The notes beneath the pieces were generated by a model. That model did not search any database. It was not told the origin of the DNA and worked only from the letters and a program-made list of their open reading frames with translations. A DNA stretch of 64,000 bases from Gemmatimonadales bacterium (GTDB taxonomy: Bacteria; Gemmatimonadota; Gemmatimonadetes; Gemmatimonadales; GWC2-71-9): the NCBI GenBank assembly GCA_035695405.1, contig DASSED010000157.1:28407-92406 (forward strand), in the 5' to 3' direction. Positions 27,916-37,914 of the stretch are shown one piece after another (the stretch's first letter is position 1; every line of letters starts with the position of its first letter). The position numbers were made by a program, and so were the translations under genes.

Positions 27916-28656
27916 ATGGGAACGAAGATCGCCACGCTCCTTCTGCTGACGCTGCTTCCTGCAGGCGTCACTGCCCAGTCGCTGGAGCAGCGCATCACGG
28001 GGGTGGGGTCCGGTACGGTTCATCTCAGCTTTGCGGCGCGTCCCGGCGTCTGCGGCGAGGGAGGCCAGACCTTCACCCAGGGCCGGAGCGATCGAGATTG
28101 GGAAGCAGACTGCGAGGCACAGCCGGTACGAGCCGCGCTGGAGGTGCGCAACCACCGGGTTACGGCGGTTCGATCTTATGTTGGAGGACGGTGGAAGGCG
28201 CGGAGCTCGGCGTTGGATCTCGGCACCGTTGGATCCCGGGAGGCGGCCGCGTACTTCCTCTCGCTCGCGGAACAACCCCGCATAAGCGGAGATCCGGTTC
28301 TTCCAGCCGCGTTGGCCGATAGCGCAACGGTCTGGCCGGCGATGCTGCGTCTGGCCCGTCTACCGGACATTCCGCTGCAGAACCGGCGCTCTGCAGTGTT
28401 TTGGCTCTCCCAGGCTGCCGGTGCGGCGGCGGGACGGGCGCTCGACTCCATCATCAGTGCCCCGGAAGGGGAACGCGAACTCCGTAAGGAAGCGGTCTTT
28501 GCGCTGTCGCAGCGGTCAAGCGAGGAAGCGGTGCCGGCGCTCATTCAGATTGCGAAGCGCAATCCCGACCCGGAGATACGAAGAACCGCGCTCTTCTGGC
28601 TAGGTCAGAGCGAGGACCCGAGAGCGCTGGCCTTGTTCGAAGAAATTCTCCGCTAG
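27916..28656 (+). CDS. Secreted HEAT-repeat protein (shorter paralogue of the preceding gene)
   Basis: Signal peptide LLLLTLLPAGVTAQS. Repeats RRSAVFWLSQ, RKEAVFALSQ, RRTALFWLGQSEDPRA. Its C-terminus is nearly the same as that of the upstream protein. Confidence 0.8.
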   Translation: MGTKIATLLLLTLLPAGVTAQSLEQRITGVGSGTVHLSFAARPGVCGEGGQTFTQGRSDRDWEADCEAQPVRAALEVRNHRVTAVRSYVGGRWKARSSALDLGTVGSREAAAYFLSLAEQPRISGDPVLPAALADSATVWPAMLRLARLPDIPLQNRRSAVFWLSQAAGAAAGRALDSIISAPEGERELRKEAVFALSQRSSEEAVPALIQIAKRNPDPEIRRTALFWLGQSEDPRALALFEEILR

Positions 28657-28770
28657 AACGCAACCCTTCCGCAAATCCCGCCATCTAAGTCTCGCGTTCG
28701 GTCCGGCGCGGGAGACCGCCATCGCGCCAGACCCCCCAAGAATCTCACAGCCGCAGCCGGGGGACCTCGA

Positions 28771-31431
28771 GTGGCCGATCCGTCAACCGCTCTCGCGCTC
28801 TACCTCGCTCTGATGAGTGTTGCTCCCCCTCCTCAGCGTGACACCGTGCCCAAGCCAAGTGATCGGGCGGCGGTTCACGCCACCCGTGTGAGCCGCGAGC
28901 TCATCGTCGATGGGATTCTGTCCGAGGCCGACTGGATCGCTGCCACTCCGGTGACCGGTTTCACTCAGCGCGAGCCCCACGAAGGGAAGCCGGCCACTGA
29001 GCCCACCGAAGTTCGAGTGCTCTACGACAATGATGCCTTGTACGTGGGCGCGCGGCTCTTCGATAGTCATCCCGATTCGGTCCGGGCCCAGCTGGCCCGG
29101 CGGGACCGGATCACCAGCTCGGATCGCTTTCTGGTATTCCTGGATTGTTATCACGACCGCCGCACCGGATTCTTCTTTGGGGTGAACGCGGCCGGCACGC
29201 TCTATGACGGAACCCTGTACAACGACGACTGGGACAGCGACACCTGGGACGGAGTATGGGAGGGCAGGGCCACACGCGACTCGCTCGGCTGGACCGCCGA
29301 GCTCCGGATTCCCTATTCGCAGCTACGCTTTCAGCGGCAGAAGCAGAACCGTTGGGGGATCAACTTCAAGCGGGAGATAGCCCGTCGGAACGAGACCGAC
29401 TACCTGGTACGGACACCCAGCAATGGCAGTGGTTTCGTATCCCGATTCGTAGACCTCGTGGGCGTTGAAGAGGTAGCGCCGCCGCCCCGGCTCGAGCTCC
29501 TACCGTACGTCACCACCCGGGCAGAATACACCGGCCACGAGCTGGCAGATCCGTTCAACGACGGGTCTCGTCTGGGAGCCGGGCTAGGCGGAGATCTCAA
29601 GTGGGGGATCGGCAGCAATCTGACGTTGGATGCAACGGTCAATCCGGACTTCGGTCAGGTGGAAGTGGATCCGGCAGTAGTCAACCTGAGTGATGTCGAG
29701 ACCTTCTTCGAGGAACGCCGGCCCTTCTTCGTCGAAGGCGCCAGCATCTTCGACTACGGCTCAGGAGGAGCCAATGACTTCTGGGGATTCAACTGGGCCA
29801 ACCCCAGCTTTCTGTATAGCCGCCGGATCGGGCGGGCGCCTCAGGGTGAGCTGCCTGACGATTACGATTACTCCAACGTGCCGAGTGGCAGCAACATCAT
29901 TGGTGCCGCGAAGCTTTCCGGCAAAGTGGGGAACTGGAGCCTGGGGGCCCTGAGCGCCGTCACCAGCCGGGAGCACGCCCGCTTTTCTCTGGGAAGCCGG
30001 CGTTGGCAGCAGGAGGTGGAACCGCTCACCTATTACGGGGTGTACCGGGCCCAGAAGGAGCTGTCGGGGGGACGCCATGGCCTCGGGTTTATCGGCACTG
30101 TGACAGCCCGGTCCTTCGACGAAGCGACACTGCGAAGTGAGCTGAGCAGCACGGCTGCGGGGTTCGGGATCGATGGCTGGACCACGCTCGACAGGGATGG
30201 CGTATGGGTCATCAGCGGCTGGAGTGGCCTGAGTCGGGTAACCGGCACGGCAGAACGGATCCAGGCGCTACAGGAGAGCTCGGTCCACTACTTCCAGCGA
30301 CCGGACGCGAGCCACTTGGGGGTAGACCCGACGGCCACCGCTTTGGCCGGCTACGCGGCCCGCGTGTCCCTGAACAAACAGAAAGGCAACTGGATGTTCA
30401 ACTCGGCAGTGGGCGTGGTCGATCCCAAGTTCGAGGTGAACGATCTCGGCTTCCAGTTTCGGGGCGACCAGATCAATTCCCACGTCATGTTCGGTCACAA
30501 GTGGACCACACCGGGCCGGATGTTCCGGAGCTGGCGCCTCAACCTGGCCGGCTTTCGGAGCTATGACTACGGCGGTGACGTGACCTGGACCGGGCTGTTT
30601 CTCACCGGCCTGTACGAGCTGAACAATTTCTCGACCGGCCGTTGGTTTGTGGCCTACAATCCCCGGACCCTCAGTGACCGGCGGACTCGGGGCGGACCAT
30701 TGATGGTCAACCAACCCGGCGTCGAATGGGACTTTCAGCTCGACTCGGATCCCAACAGGCGATGGATCTACGGCTTCGGTCTTCACGGCAACCACTATAA
30801 GGAAAACTGGGAGCAGAGCTGGAGCGCGCGGGCGGCGCTCGAATGGAAACCCGGCGCTCGCGTGTCTCTCAGAGTGGAGCCGCAGATCGAACGGATCGGC
30901 ACCTCGGCGCAGTACGTGGACACATTCGACGACGCCCTGGCTGCCAATACCTTCAGGCACCGCTACGTGTTCGCCGACCTCAGACAAACCACCCTCTCCG
31001 CCAGCCTGAGGCTCAACTGGATCTTCACGCCCCAACTCAGCCTCGAGGTTTATGCCCAGCCCCTCCTGTCCTCGGGCCACTACACCGGGTTCAAGGAGCT
31101 GGCTCGGGCCCGCAGCTTTGCGTTCAACCCCTACCCTGAACCCGCTTCAACCTCGGACCCGGACCGGATCGTAGTGGACCCGGACGGTACCGGACCAGCC
31201 GAGTCGCACGAGATCGACGATCCGAACTTCTCTCTGGCTTCGCTGCGAGGAAACGCCGTCTTGCGATGGGAGTACCTGCCCGGCTCCACGCTTTTCCTGG
31301 TCTGGACTCAGACTCGCTCGGACAGCGAAAGCATCGGCACATTCAACACCGGACGAGCCCTCGATCGCCTGTTCGCCGCCACCGCCGACAACATCTTTCT
31401 CATCAAGATTTCGTATTGGTGGAATCCGTAG
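28771..31431 (+). CDS. DUF5916 / carbohydrate-binding-family-9-like large beta-rich (outer-membrane-type) protein
   Basis: The N-terminal module (DGILSEADW..VTGFTQREPHEGKPATEPTEVRVLYDNDALYVGARLFD) recalls DUF5916 proteins. Long beta-rich C-terminus ending ..ISYWWNP. The GTG start is uncertain. Confidence 0.7.
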   Translation: MADPSTALALYLALMSVAPPPQRDTVPKPSDRAAVHATRVSRELIVDGILSEADWIAATPVTGFTQREPHEGKPATEPTEVRVLYDNDALYVGARLFDSHPDSVRAQLARRDRITSSDRFLVFLDCYHDRRTGFFFGVNAAGTLYDGTLYNDDWDSDTWDGVWEGRATRDSLGWTAELRIPYSQLRFQRQKQNRWGINFKREIARRNETDYLVRTPSNGSGFVSRFVDLVGVEEVAPPPRLELLPYVTTRAEYTGHELADPFNDGSRLGAGLGGDLKWGIGSNLTLDATVNPDFGQVEVDPAVVNLSDVETFFEERRPFFVEGASIFDYGSGGANDFWGFNWANPSFLYSRRIGRAPQGELPDDYDYSNVPSGSNIIGAAKLSGKVGNWSLGALSAVTSREHARFSLGSRRWQQEVEPLTYYGVYRAQKELSGGRHGLGFIGTVTARSFDEATLRSELSSTAAGFGIDGWTTLDRDGVWVISGWSGLSRVTGTAERIQALQESSVHYFQRPDASHLGVDPTATALAGYAARVSLNKQKGNWMFNSAVGVVDPKFEVNDLGFQFRGDQINSHVMFGHKWTTPGRMFRSWRLNLAGFRSYDYGGDVTWTGLFLTGLYELNNFSTGRWFVAYNPRTLSDRRTRGGPLMVNQPGVEWDFQLDSDPNRRWIYGFGLHGNHYKENWEQSWSARAALEWKPGARVSLRVEPQIERIGTSAQYVDTFDDALAANTFRHRYVFADLRQTTLSASLRLNWIFTPQLSLEVYAQPLLSSGHYTGFKELARARSFAFNPYPEPASTSDPDRIVVDPDGTGPAESHEIDDPNFSLASLRGNAVLRWEYLPGSTLFLVWTQTRSDSESIGTFNTGRALDRLFAATADNIFLIKISYWWNP

Positions 31432-31464
31432 CATCCCGAGCAGGTCCGCCGATCCCCAAGGTGT

Positions 31465-31489
31465 CGCTCATGGCTGAGCGTTTACCTTT
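31465..31489 (+). terminator. Weak terminator-like hairpin
   Basis: CGCTCA-TGGC-TGAGCG followed by TTTACCTTT, 34 nt after the stop at 31431. Confidence 0.3.
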
Positions 31490-31494
31490 CGCTC

Positions 31495-32568
31495 ATGTCG
31501 AGACTACGTCGGAGCGCGTTGGCGGTTCTTCTCGCCCTCTTCGGAGCATGTAACTCTCCCAATACCAAAGCGCCGGTGACCATGCTTCCGGCCATAGGCG
31601 ATACACTGGGCACCTCCTATTCCGAGGTGACCGATGCGGCGTGGCTGGCCGGAAATCGCTGGGCCGTGCTGGCGCCAAGCGATAACACCGTCGGACTGGC
31701 CGACTTCGGCGAGAAAAAGGTGACCGCGCTGGGCGGTGAGAGATCCAAGGAACTGCGCAATCCGGCCAGCCTCTTCGTTGCGGGTGACACATTATTCGTG
31801 GGCGACTGGGGACTGCGCCGGATCTCGGTCTGGACCCCTGCCGGTCGCCTGGTGCGCTCCATCCCTGCCCCGGCTTCCCTGCGGGGCGCGCTGCCGCGAG
31901 CGCGGGATCTGGGCCAGCGGTTCTATGCCGAGCTGAATCCCTCGCCGGGGCAGGACGGCAGCGGCAACCGGGATTCAGCCGCCGTCGTTCGGTCCGACGC
32001 TCAACTGATCCGGGCAGACACCATTGCTCGGCTGGCCCCTTTGGATATTGCGGAGGTGCAGGGCGACGCTGGGCGGCGGTTCGAGCGGCGGGTATTCAGC
32101 GGGGTGGACCGCTGGGGTGTGTTGCCTGACGGATCGCTGTGGATCGGTCGGGTCTACCCCAACCGGGTAGATTGGCGGGAGCCGAATGGGCATTGGCTTC
32201 GGGGCCAGGATTTACCCGATCGGGTGCTGGAAGTCACCCGTTATGACCGAGAGCTCTTTCTTCGAAAGTTTCCGCCCGAGCTGCGGAGAACCGCGCAAGA
32301 GCTCCCGTTCGCGGCCTTGAAGCCGCCGTTCGAATGGGCGACAAACGATGCGCGAGGGCAGGTCTGGCTGGAGAAGTCGAGGGCGCCGGCCGATTCGGTT
32401 CGTCGGTACCATGTCGTGGATCGTCGGGGCCAGTTGGTGGAGGAGATCCATCTTCAGGGGCAAGGACGGATACTCGCGATCGGGCTGAATTCGGCCATGG
32501 TCGTGGTGCCGTCCCCCCATGGCGTCCGGTTGATCAGGGTCCCATTGCCCCATCAACCATCACAGTGA
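31495..32568 (+). CDS. Hypothetical lipoprotein (beta-propeller-like)
   Basis: Lipobox LLALFGAC. Shares RVDWREP, KPPFEWA and GQVWLEKSR motifs with the next gene. Confidence 0.7.
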   Translation: MSRLRRSALAVLLALFGACNSPNTKAPVTMLPAIGDTLGTSYSEVTDAAWLAGNRWAVLAPSDNTVGLADFGEKKVTALGGERSKELRNPASLFVAGDTLFVGDWGLRRISVWTPAGRLVRSIPAPASLRGALPRARDLGQRFYAELNPSPGQDGSGNRDSAAVVRSDAQLIRADTIARLAPLDIAEVQGDAGRRFERRVFSGVDRWGVLPDGSLWIGRVYPNRVDWREPNGHWLRGQDLPDRVLEVTRYDRELFLRKFPPELRRTAQELPFAALKPPFEWATNDARGQVWLEKSRAPADSVRRYHVVDRRGQLVEEIHLQGQGRILAIGLNSAMVVVPSPHGVRLIRVPLPHQPSQ

Positions 32569-32615
32569 ATCGTCGGCTCATTATCGGGTTGGTCCCCGAT
32601 GCTGGAGGGAATGGC

Positions 32616-33716
32616 ATGAAGCTGCTCTCGATCTGCGGAGTGGCGGCTGTGGTGTTGGCCGGTTGCAATCGCGCCAGCAGCCAGAGTCCCAAACTCGAGG
32701 CCAAGCTGCCGTCTCACTTCAACAACATCAGCAATGTGGTGGAGCTGAGAGATGGCACCATCGTGTTTGCCGACACCAAGGACAAGCTCTTTGTCCGGGC
32801 CAACCTCAAAAGTGGCCACGTGGATACCCTCGGCACTCATGTCGAGAGTTTGCCGGCCGACGGTCCTCCGGGTCAGTACAAGTTTCCCGGGTGGGTGGCA
32901 CACCTTGGGGGAGACACGCTGGCGCTGGTGGACTTCAGTGCCATTCGAACCACGCTCTGGAGCGAGCGAGGAGAGCCTCGAGGTGTGCTTCCTATAAAGG
33001 AAGTGGCGGGCAAGACTCCCATTTTGCTGTACGACACCACCGGCCACGGCTACAAGATCGACTATCAAGCGGTGCTCGGCGGGGGTGAGCCCGGGCGTTC
33101 AGTGAGGCCGGACAGCATCCCGGTGCTCCGGTTTACCCTCGCTGGAGGTGCGGTAGATACCGTCGGCATGCTCGCGTCGCCCGAGTACGGCGATGCCACC
33201 TTCGGCGAGCAGGTACAAGAGGCGGCTACGGTTTTTTCGCCCAATGATTTCTTCGGAGTGCTGCCGGATGGGACCGCCTGGATCGCCCGGGGTAAAGAGA
33301 ATCGGGTGGACTGGCGCGCGCCCGGAGCCACGTGGGTAGAAGGGAAGTCGCACGACTATACCCAGGTGCCCGTGACCCAGGCGGACAAGGACCGGGTGTT
33401 GGCGCAAGTGAGGGAGCACGGGAAGCAGTTCGGAATGCCGCAGGACTTGCCTATTCAGTATCCCTTTGCCGAGCACAAACCGCCCTTTGATTTCGCAATG
33501 GCCAATCCTAAGGGTGAGGTGTGGCTCCAGCGTCCCCGTTCGGAGGAGAATGCGCCGCTGGTCTACGATGTGTTCAATCGCAAGGGCAACTGGGACCGCG
33601 CCGTTACGCTGCCGAGCGGGGCGACCCTGGCAGGATTCGGTGGGAGTGGGGTGCTGTATGCCAGCCTCAAGAACCGGGATGGAACCCGAACCGTGGGCCG
33701 GTTTCGGGTCAACTAG
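32616..33716 (+). CDS. Hypothetical lipoprotein, paralogue of 31495..32568
   Basis: ATG 32616 gives MKLLSICGVAAVVLAGC. Motifs RVDWRAP, KPPFDFA, GEVWLQRPR. The track start at 32334 lies inside the upstream gene. Confidence 0.7.
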   Translation: MKLLSICGVAAVVLAGCNRASSQSPKLEAKLPSHFNNISNVVELRDGTIVFADTKDKLFVRANLKSGHVDTLGTHVESLPADGPPGQYKFPGWVAHLGGDTLALVDFSAIRTTLWSERGEPRGVLPIKEVAGKTPILLYDTTGHGYKIDYQAVLGGGEPGRSVRPDSIPVLRFTLAGGAVDTVGMLASPEYGDATFGEQVQEAATVFSPNDFFGVLPDGTAWIARGKENRVDWRAPGATWVEGKSHDYTQVPVTQADKDRVLAQVREHGKQFGMPQDLPIQYPFAEHKPPFDFAMANPKGEVWLQRPRSEENAPLVYDVFNRKGNWDRAVTLPSGATLAGFGGSGVLYASLKNRDGTRTVGRFRVN

Positions 33717-33725
33717 CTCCCGTTG

Positions 33726-34451
33726 CTAATCGAGGATCGGTGGCTCGTCTCCCGGAGGGGTGTTAGGGCCGGATCGATCGGACTGGCGCCGATCGCGCCG
33801 CTGTCCCTCCTCGTACCACCGCCGGGTGATCTCACCGGCGAGCTCCCGGTTTCCCAACCCAAATGCCAGCCCCACGGCCAGTGCGGCGGCACCCAGGATA
33901 AGGGTGAACGCTGCGGTCACGATCTCTTCGGCCACGCCCACCTGCTGTAAAGCCATAAACAGCGCAATGATGATCACCGCTGCCTTGGCGATCTTGGCCA
34001 GGGTCGGCACGCCCGACACCCCGCCGGCCGATGCGACTATCAGACCACGGACAAACTCGCCGACGATGATCCCCAGGATCACGATGACGATGGCCGAGAT
34101 CAGCGTGGGGATGAAGGCCAACATGGCACCGAACATCTGATTGATGCTCTCGAGGCCCAGGGCCATGCTGGCGAGCAGAATGACCACCAGCATCACTAGC
34201 CAGAAGATCAACTTTGCCAGGGCACGGACCGGATCGAGCCGGGAGCCGGTGCGGCCGACGACTTCATCAAACCCGCCGACAGCCGCCATGCGGTTGAAGC
34301 CGAGCTTCTTCAGGATATCGTCGGCCCAGCGCTGAGCCTGCCGGGCCAGAAAATATCCGGTCAGCAGGATGACGGCGGCCCCGATCAGCGCCGGCAGGAC
34401 GTTGCCGATCTGCTTGGCCCCAACCACGATTCGTTCCCAGAGATCGGTCAC
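33726..34451 (-). CDS. Conserved-TM-helix-repeat membrane protein (MscS N-terminal-like repeats, no channel core seen)
   Basis: Four to five TM segments with repeated ..ILLTGYFLAR.., ..ILGIIVGEFVRG.. type helices and a charged C-terminal tail. GTGA overlap with the upstream gene. Confidence 0.6.
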   Translation of the reverse strand: MTDLWERIVVGAKQIGNVLPALIGAAVILLTGYFLARQAQRWADDILKKLGFNRMAAVGGFDEVVGRTGSRLDPVRALAKLIFWLVMLVVILLASMALGLESINQMFGAMLAFIPTLISAIVIVILGIIVGEFVRGLIVASAGGVSGVPTLAKIAKAAVIIIALFMALQQVGVAEEIVTAAFTLILGAAALAVGLAFGLGNRELAGEITRRWYEEGQRRDRRQSDRSGPNTPPGDEPPILD

Positions 34452-35485
34452 GGTGCCACCTCGATGACGAGTTTGCCGGTCTGTTCACCCCGTTGCAGCC
34501 GCTCGAACGCGTCGAGGCTCTGATCCAGCGGGACCACACGATCGATGATGGGCCAAAGTCTTCCCTGCCGGGCGAGACTGACGATCTCAGCGTACTCGCG
34601 CCGGCTACCCAGGGTCGAGCCCAGGAAACTCCACTGGTGCCAAAACAGTCTGCGGAGGTCGAGCGTGACGAAGGGTCCGGTCGTGGCCCCGCACGTCACC
34701 AGTCGGCCCCCCCGTCGCAGCGACCGCAACGAAGCCTGCCAGCTGCGCTCGCCGGCGTTGTCCACCACAACGTCGGCTCCCCGGCCGGCGGTAATCTCGC
34801 GGACCGCGGCCGGCACATCATCCTTGTTGTGCTGCAGGGCGAATTCGGCCCCCATTCTTCGAGCCAGCTCGAGCTTCGGGTGCGAGCCGCTGGTGACGAT
34901 GGTTCGCGCGCCCCGCAGCAGGGCGATCTGAAGTGCCGCGAGCGCGACACCGCCCCCGATCCCGACAATAAGCACTGTCTCCCCTGCCTCGAGCCGAGCC
35001 CGGGTCACCAGCATGCGCCAGGCGGTCAACGTGGCGAGGGAAAACGCAGCGGCCTCGGCCCAGGGCATCTCTTCCGGCACTGGCGCGAGATTCCCCGCGG
35101 GAACCACGATATACTCGGCGATCGTTCCCGAGCAGTGCTCCCCCAGGACGCGAATCCTGGAGCAGAGAGACTCTTCCCCATTGGTGCAGGCCGGGCATTC
35201 GCCACAGGAAATCGTGGGGTTTACCATGACGCGGGCGCCGAGCCGGAGCTGCCGTACCGCGGACCCCACCTCGTGAACCGTCCCCGCCCCGTCCGACCCC
35301 ACAATGTGGGGAAACGAGTAGGTGACGCCGGGGAGCCCGTCCGCCACGAACAGATCGAGGTGGTTGAGGGCGCCGGCTTTCACCTGAACCAGGACCTGAT
35401 CCGGTGATTCGATGTGGGGCGTTGGCAACTCCTGTACCCGGAGCTGCTTCAGCCCGCCCGGCGCCGTCAAAACGAGCGCCTTCAT
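34448..35485 (-). CDS. Zinc-type medium-chain alcohol dehydrogenase/reductase (MDR family)
   Basis: GSDGAGTV, structural-zinc Cys cluster CGECPACTNGEESLC, and nucleotide motif LIVGIGGGVA. Confidence 0.85.
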   Translation of the reverse strand: MKALVLTAPGGLKQLRVQELPTPHIESPDQVLVQVKAGALNHLDLFVADGLPGVTYSFPHIVGSDGAGTVHEVGSAVRQLRLGARVMVNPTISCGECPACTNGEESLCSRIRVLGEHCSGTIAEYIVVPAGNLAPVPEEMPWAEAAAFSLATLTAWRMLVTRARLEAGETVLIVGIGGGVALAALQIALLRGARTIVTSGSHPKLELARRMGAEFALQHNKDDVPAAVREITAGRGADVVVDNAGERSWQASLRSLRRGGRLVTCGATTGPFVTLDLRRLFWHQWSFLGSTLGSRREYAEIVSLARQGRLWPIIDRVVPLDQSLDAFERLQRGEQTGKLVIEVAP

Positions 35486-35498
35486 GCTGAAAGCCGAA

Positions 35499-37811
35499 TC
35501 AGAAGGAGGGTGTCAGGACCTGCTCCCCGGGCCTGAGAGGGATGGCAACTGGTTGGCTTCTCGGCGCCGTAGATTGCAAGAAGAGACTGAATTCGACCCG
35601 ACCTTTGGCCGCGTCGATGATGCGGCCCACCACGTAGGCTATCCGGTCGCCTTCGCGCGATAATCCCAAGGAGGCGATCGGGTGTTCCGTAGCGAATAGC
35701 TGGCCGGCTCTCCCCGCGACGCCTCCCCGCATGACTTTCGATCCTTTGGACTTACCGCCGATCTCGGCCACGTAGATGAGATCTCCCGTGGGCAGGAACC
35801 TCGGATTCCATTCCCGTCCCGGGCTCTTGGTCATCCGGCGCTGATTGCTCCCGTCCGGATTCATGGTATAGATCTCCTGATTTCCATCCCGGGTCGACAC
35901 AAACGCAATGGTGCGGCCATCGGCCGACACGGCGGGCGATGTATTCCGGCTGGGACCCATGGTAAGCGATCGATTCTCGCTGCCATCCAGCGCCACGAGG
36001 GCAATCTGGGTGGTCGCACCGGTGGTGGCGGTGTACAGCACGTGCTTTCCATCCGCGGTCCACGCGGGCTCACCCTCGTTAGCCGGATTGGACGTGAGTC
36101 GCTTGAGGTTCTTCCCATCGGCATCGGCCACATAGATGTCGTAGCTGCCTCCGGCACGGTTGGAGCTGAACGCAACTCGCGTGCGGTCAGGGGACAAGGC
36201 AGCTTGAATACTGGTGGCAGTGTCTACTAGGAGCGGTAGGAAGTCGCCGGGAGCAGTGGAACGAAGCTGGTAAATTCCATAGCTTCCGCCGCGGTTGGAC
36301 ACCAGCAGCAGATCTCCCGTGACATATACATGGGCCGTGGCACTGGTTCCCCAAGGGGCCGCTGCCGTGACCAGAGCATGCCCGGTTGCCAGCGCATCGA
36401 TGACCCCTTCTCTCGCCAGAGCCACCTCGGGGTGATCCGAGCTCCATTTGACGCCGGTCGCCTTGTTGGACGTTCCGCCCTGATCCTCCCGCAGCAGCAC
36501 GGTCAAGCTGGTACGCTGGCCCACTAGAAGCCCGACTCTGCCAGGCTCGATGGCGATTTCCCCTGCAACAACCTCAACGGTCCACACTGCCGGCGTAATC
36601 CCCGGCAGGGAAGCGGTGAGCAGGGTGGTCCCGAGCGCTTTGGGCGTGAGTATTCCCGACGCTGCATCGAAGGATGCCACCGTGGAGTCACTCAGCTTCC
36701 AGGTAACCCGGGCCTCGGGGATGGGGCTCGAATCATCCGCCTCGGCCACGGCGGTAAACTGGCGAGTCGCCCGGAGGGGGACCTGAATGGTGACGCCCTG
36801 GTGAGGAGACACCACCAGAGCCTCGGGAAGCGGGTGAACGGTAACGGTCGCTTTTCGGGACAGGGACGAGACCGAGGCGATGATTTCCGCCTGGCCCGGG
36901 GCTCGGGCCCGCACGACGCCGGTGGGGCTCACTGTGGCCACCGTGGTATCCGTCGATCTCCATTCCAGAGAGCCGCGGATCTCCCGATTGCTTTGGCTGG
37001 GTACCAGAACCCGGAGCGTGTCGACTTCATCTGGACCGAGGGAGAGCTTGGGGCGAGAGAGCACAAAATCGCCGGCGGCGACTTCCACCGGCAAGGTCGC
37101 CATCAGCAGGGTCCCGGTCGAGGCCTGAATTATGGTCTTGCCAGGACTGATGCCCGAGACGGTACCCAGGCTGTCGACTGAAGCGATCTCAGGCCGCAGG
37201 GACCTCCACGTCACCCGGCCTAGGGGTGCCGGCGATCCATCCTCCCGCTGGGCTTGCGGGAAGATCCGAGAGGTTTCGCCGGGAAGTAGGGTTAACGAAG
37301 CGGGCTCGAGTGTGAGGACCGATGCGGCCGGAGCCGTCCGGGCCGAGCCGGTAATGAGCACAGCGAGTGAGGCCCGTTTTCCCTGGGAGCGGGCCTCGAT
37401 CTTGGCGAGCCCCGGACTGATCCCGAGGACGGTACCGTCCTTCCGGACCTGCACGATGAGCGTGTCGGAGCTCCAGAAGGTGATTTTCGCGGAGGGGATG
37501 AGATTGCCCCGCTGATCGAAGGCCGTGGCGAAGATCGCCTGCTTCTGGCCCACGCCGAGGGTCATTGTCTCGGGTGTCACCTGCACGTCCGACACCGCTT
37601 GGGCCTGTCCGGACACGGCCGGGGCAAAGGCCGTAAGTACAAGGCCTGATAATATATAGCCGCGCGACCACGACCGGAGACCGCGGCGCCCGCGGACCCC
37701 AGCGATCAGGACTGAGAACACCGGTTGATGGATTCCCCAGAGAGGTGGAGCGTAATAATAGCGCCCGTCCGAGGAGCCCGCATGATAGAGGAGGTGCAAC
37801 GGCTTGCACAA
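35499..37811 (-). CDS. Secreted protein with multiple Big_2 (bacterial Ig-like) domains and a C-terminal TolB-like PD40 beta-propeller
   Basis: Repeated ..V/ATVS..G.V.A...G.A.I.A.. Ig-like modules. PD40 repeats (SPDRTRVAFSSNR..DIYVADADG, PAWTADGKHVLY, PAVSADGRTIAFVS..EIYTMNPDG). The start is either TTG 37811 or GTG 37721. Confidence 0.8.
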   Translation of the reverse strand: MCKPLHLLYHAGSSDGRYYYAPPLWGIHQPVFSVLIAGVRGRRGLRSWSRGYILSGLVLTAFAPAVSGQAQAVSDVQVTPETMTLGVGQKQAIFATAFDQRGNLIPSAKITFWSSDTLIVQVRKDGTVLGISPGLAKIEARSQGKRASLAVLITGSARTAPAASVLTLEPASLTLLPGETSRIFPQAQREDGSPAPLGRVTWRSLRPEIASVDSLGTVSGISPGKTIIQASTGTLLMATLPVEVAAGDFVLSRPKLSLGPDEVDTLRVLVPSQSNREIRGSLEWRSTDTTVATVSPTGVVRARAPGQAEIIASVSSLSRKATVTVHPLPEALVVSPHQGVTIQVPLRATRQFTAVAEADDSSPIPEARVTWKLSDSTVASFDAASGILTPKALGTTLLTASLPGITPAVWTVEVVAGEIAIEPGRVGLLVGQRTSLTVLLREDQGGTSNKATGVKWSSDHPEVALAREGVIDALATGHALVTAAAPWGTSATAHVYVTGDLLLVSNRGGSYGIYQLRSTAPGDFLPLLVDTATSIQAALSPDRTRVAFSSNRAGGSYDIYVADADGKNLKRLTSNPANEGEPAWTADGKHVLYTATTGATTQIALVALDGSENRSLTMGPSRNTSPAVSADGRTIAFVSTRDGNQEIYTMNPDGSNQRRMTKSPGREWNPRFLPTGDLIYVAEIGGKSKGSKVMRGGVAGRAGQLFATEHPIASLGLSREGDRIAYVVGRIIDAAKGRVEFSLFLQSTAPRSQPVAIPLRPGEQVLTPSF

Positions 37812-37914
37812 GCAATGAGGATGTGCAAGTTATATGTCCTAGTGACCGCAGGGCGCATCCGCGCCTCGAAACCGGCGGCGGGTTGCGCCGCACTTGGGTT
37901 GGGAGGGAGCTAAC

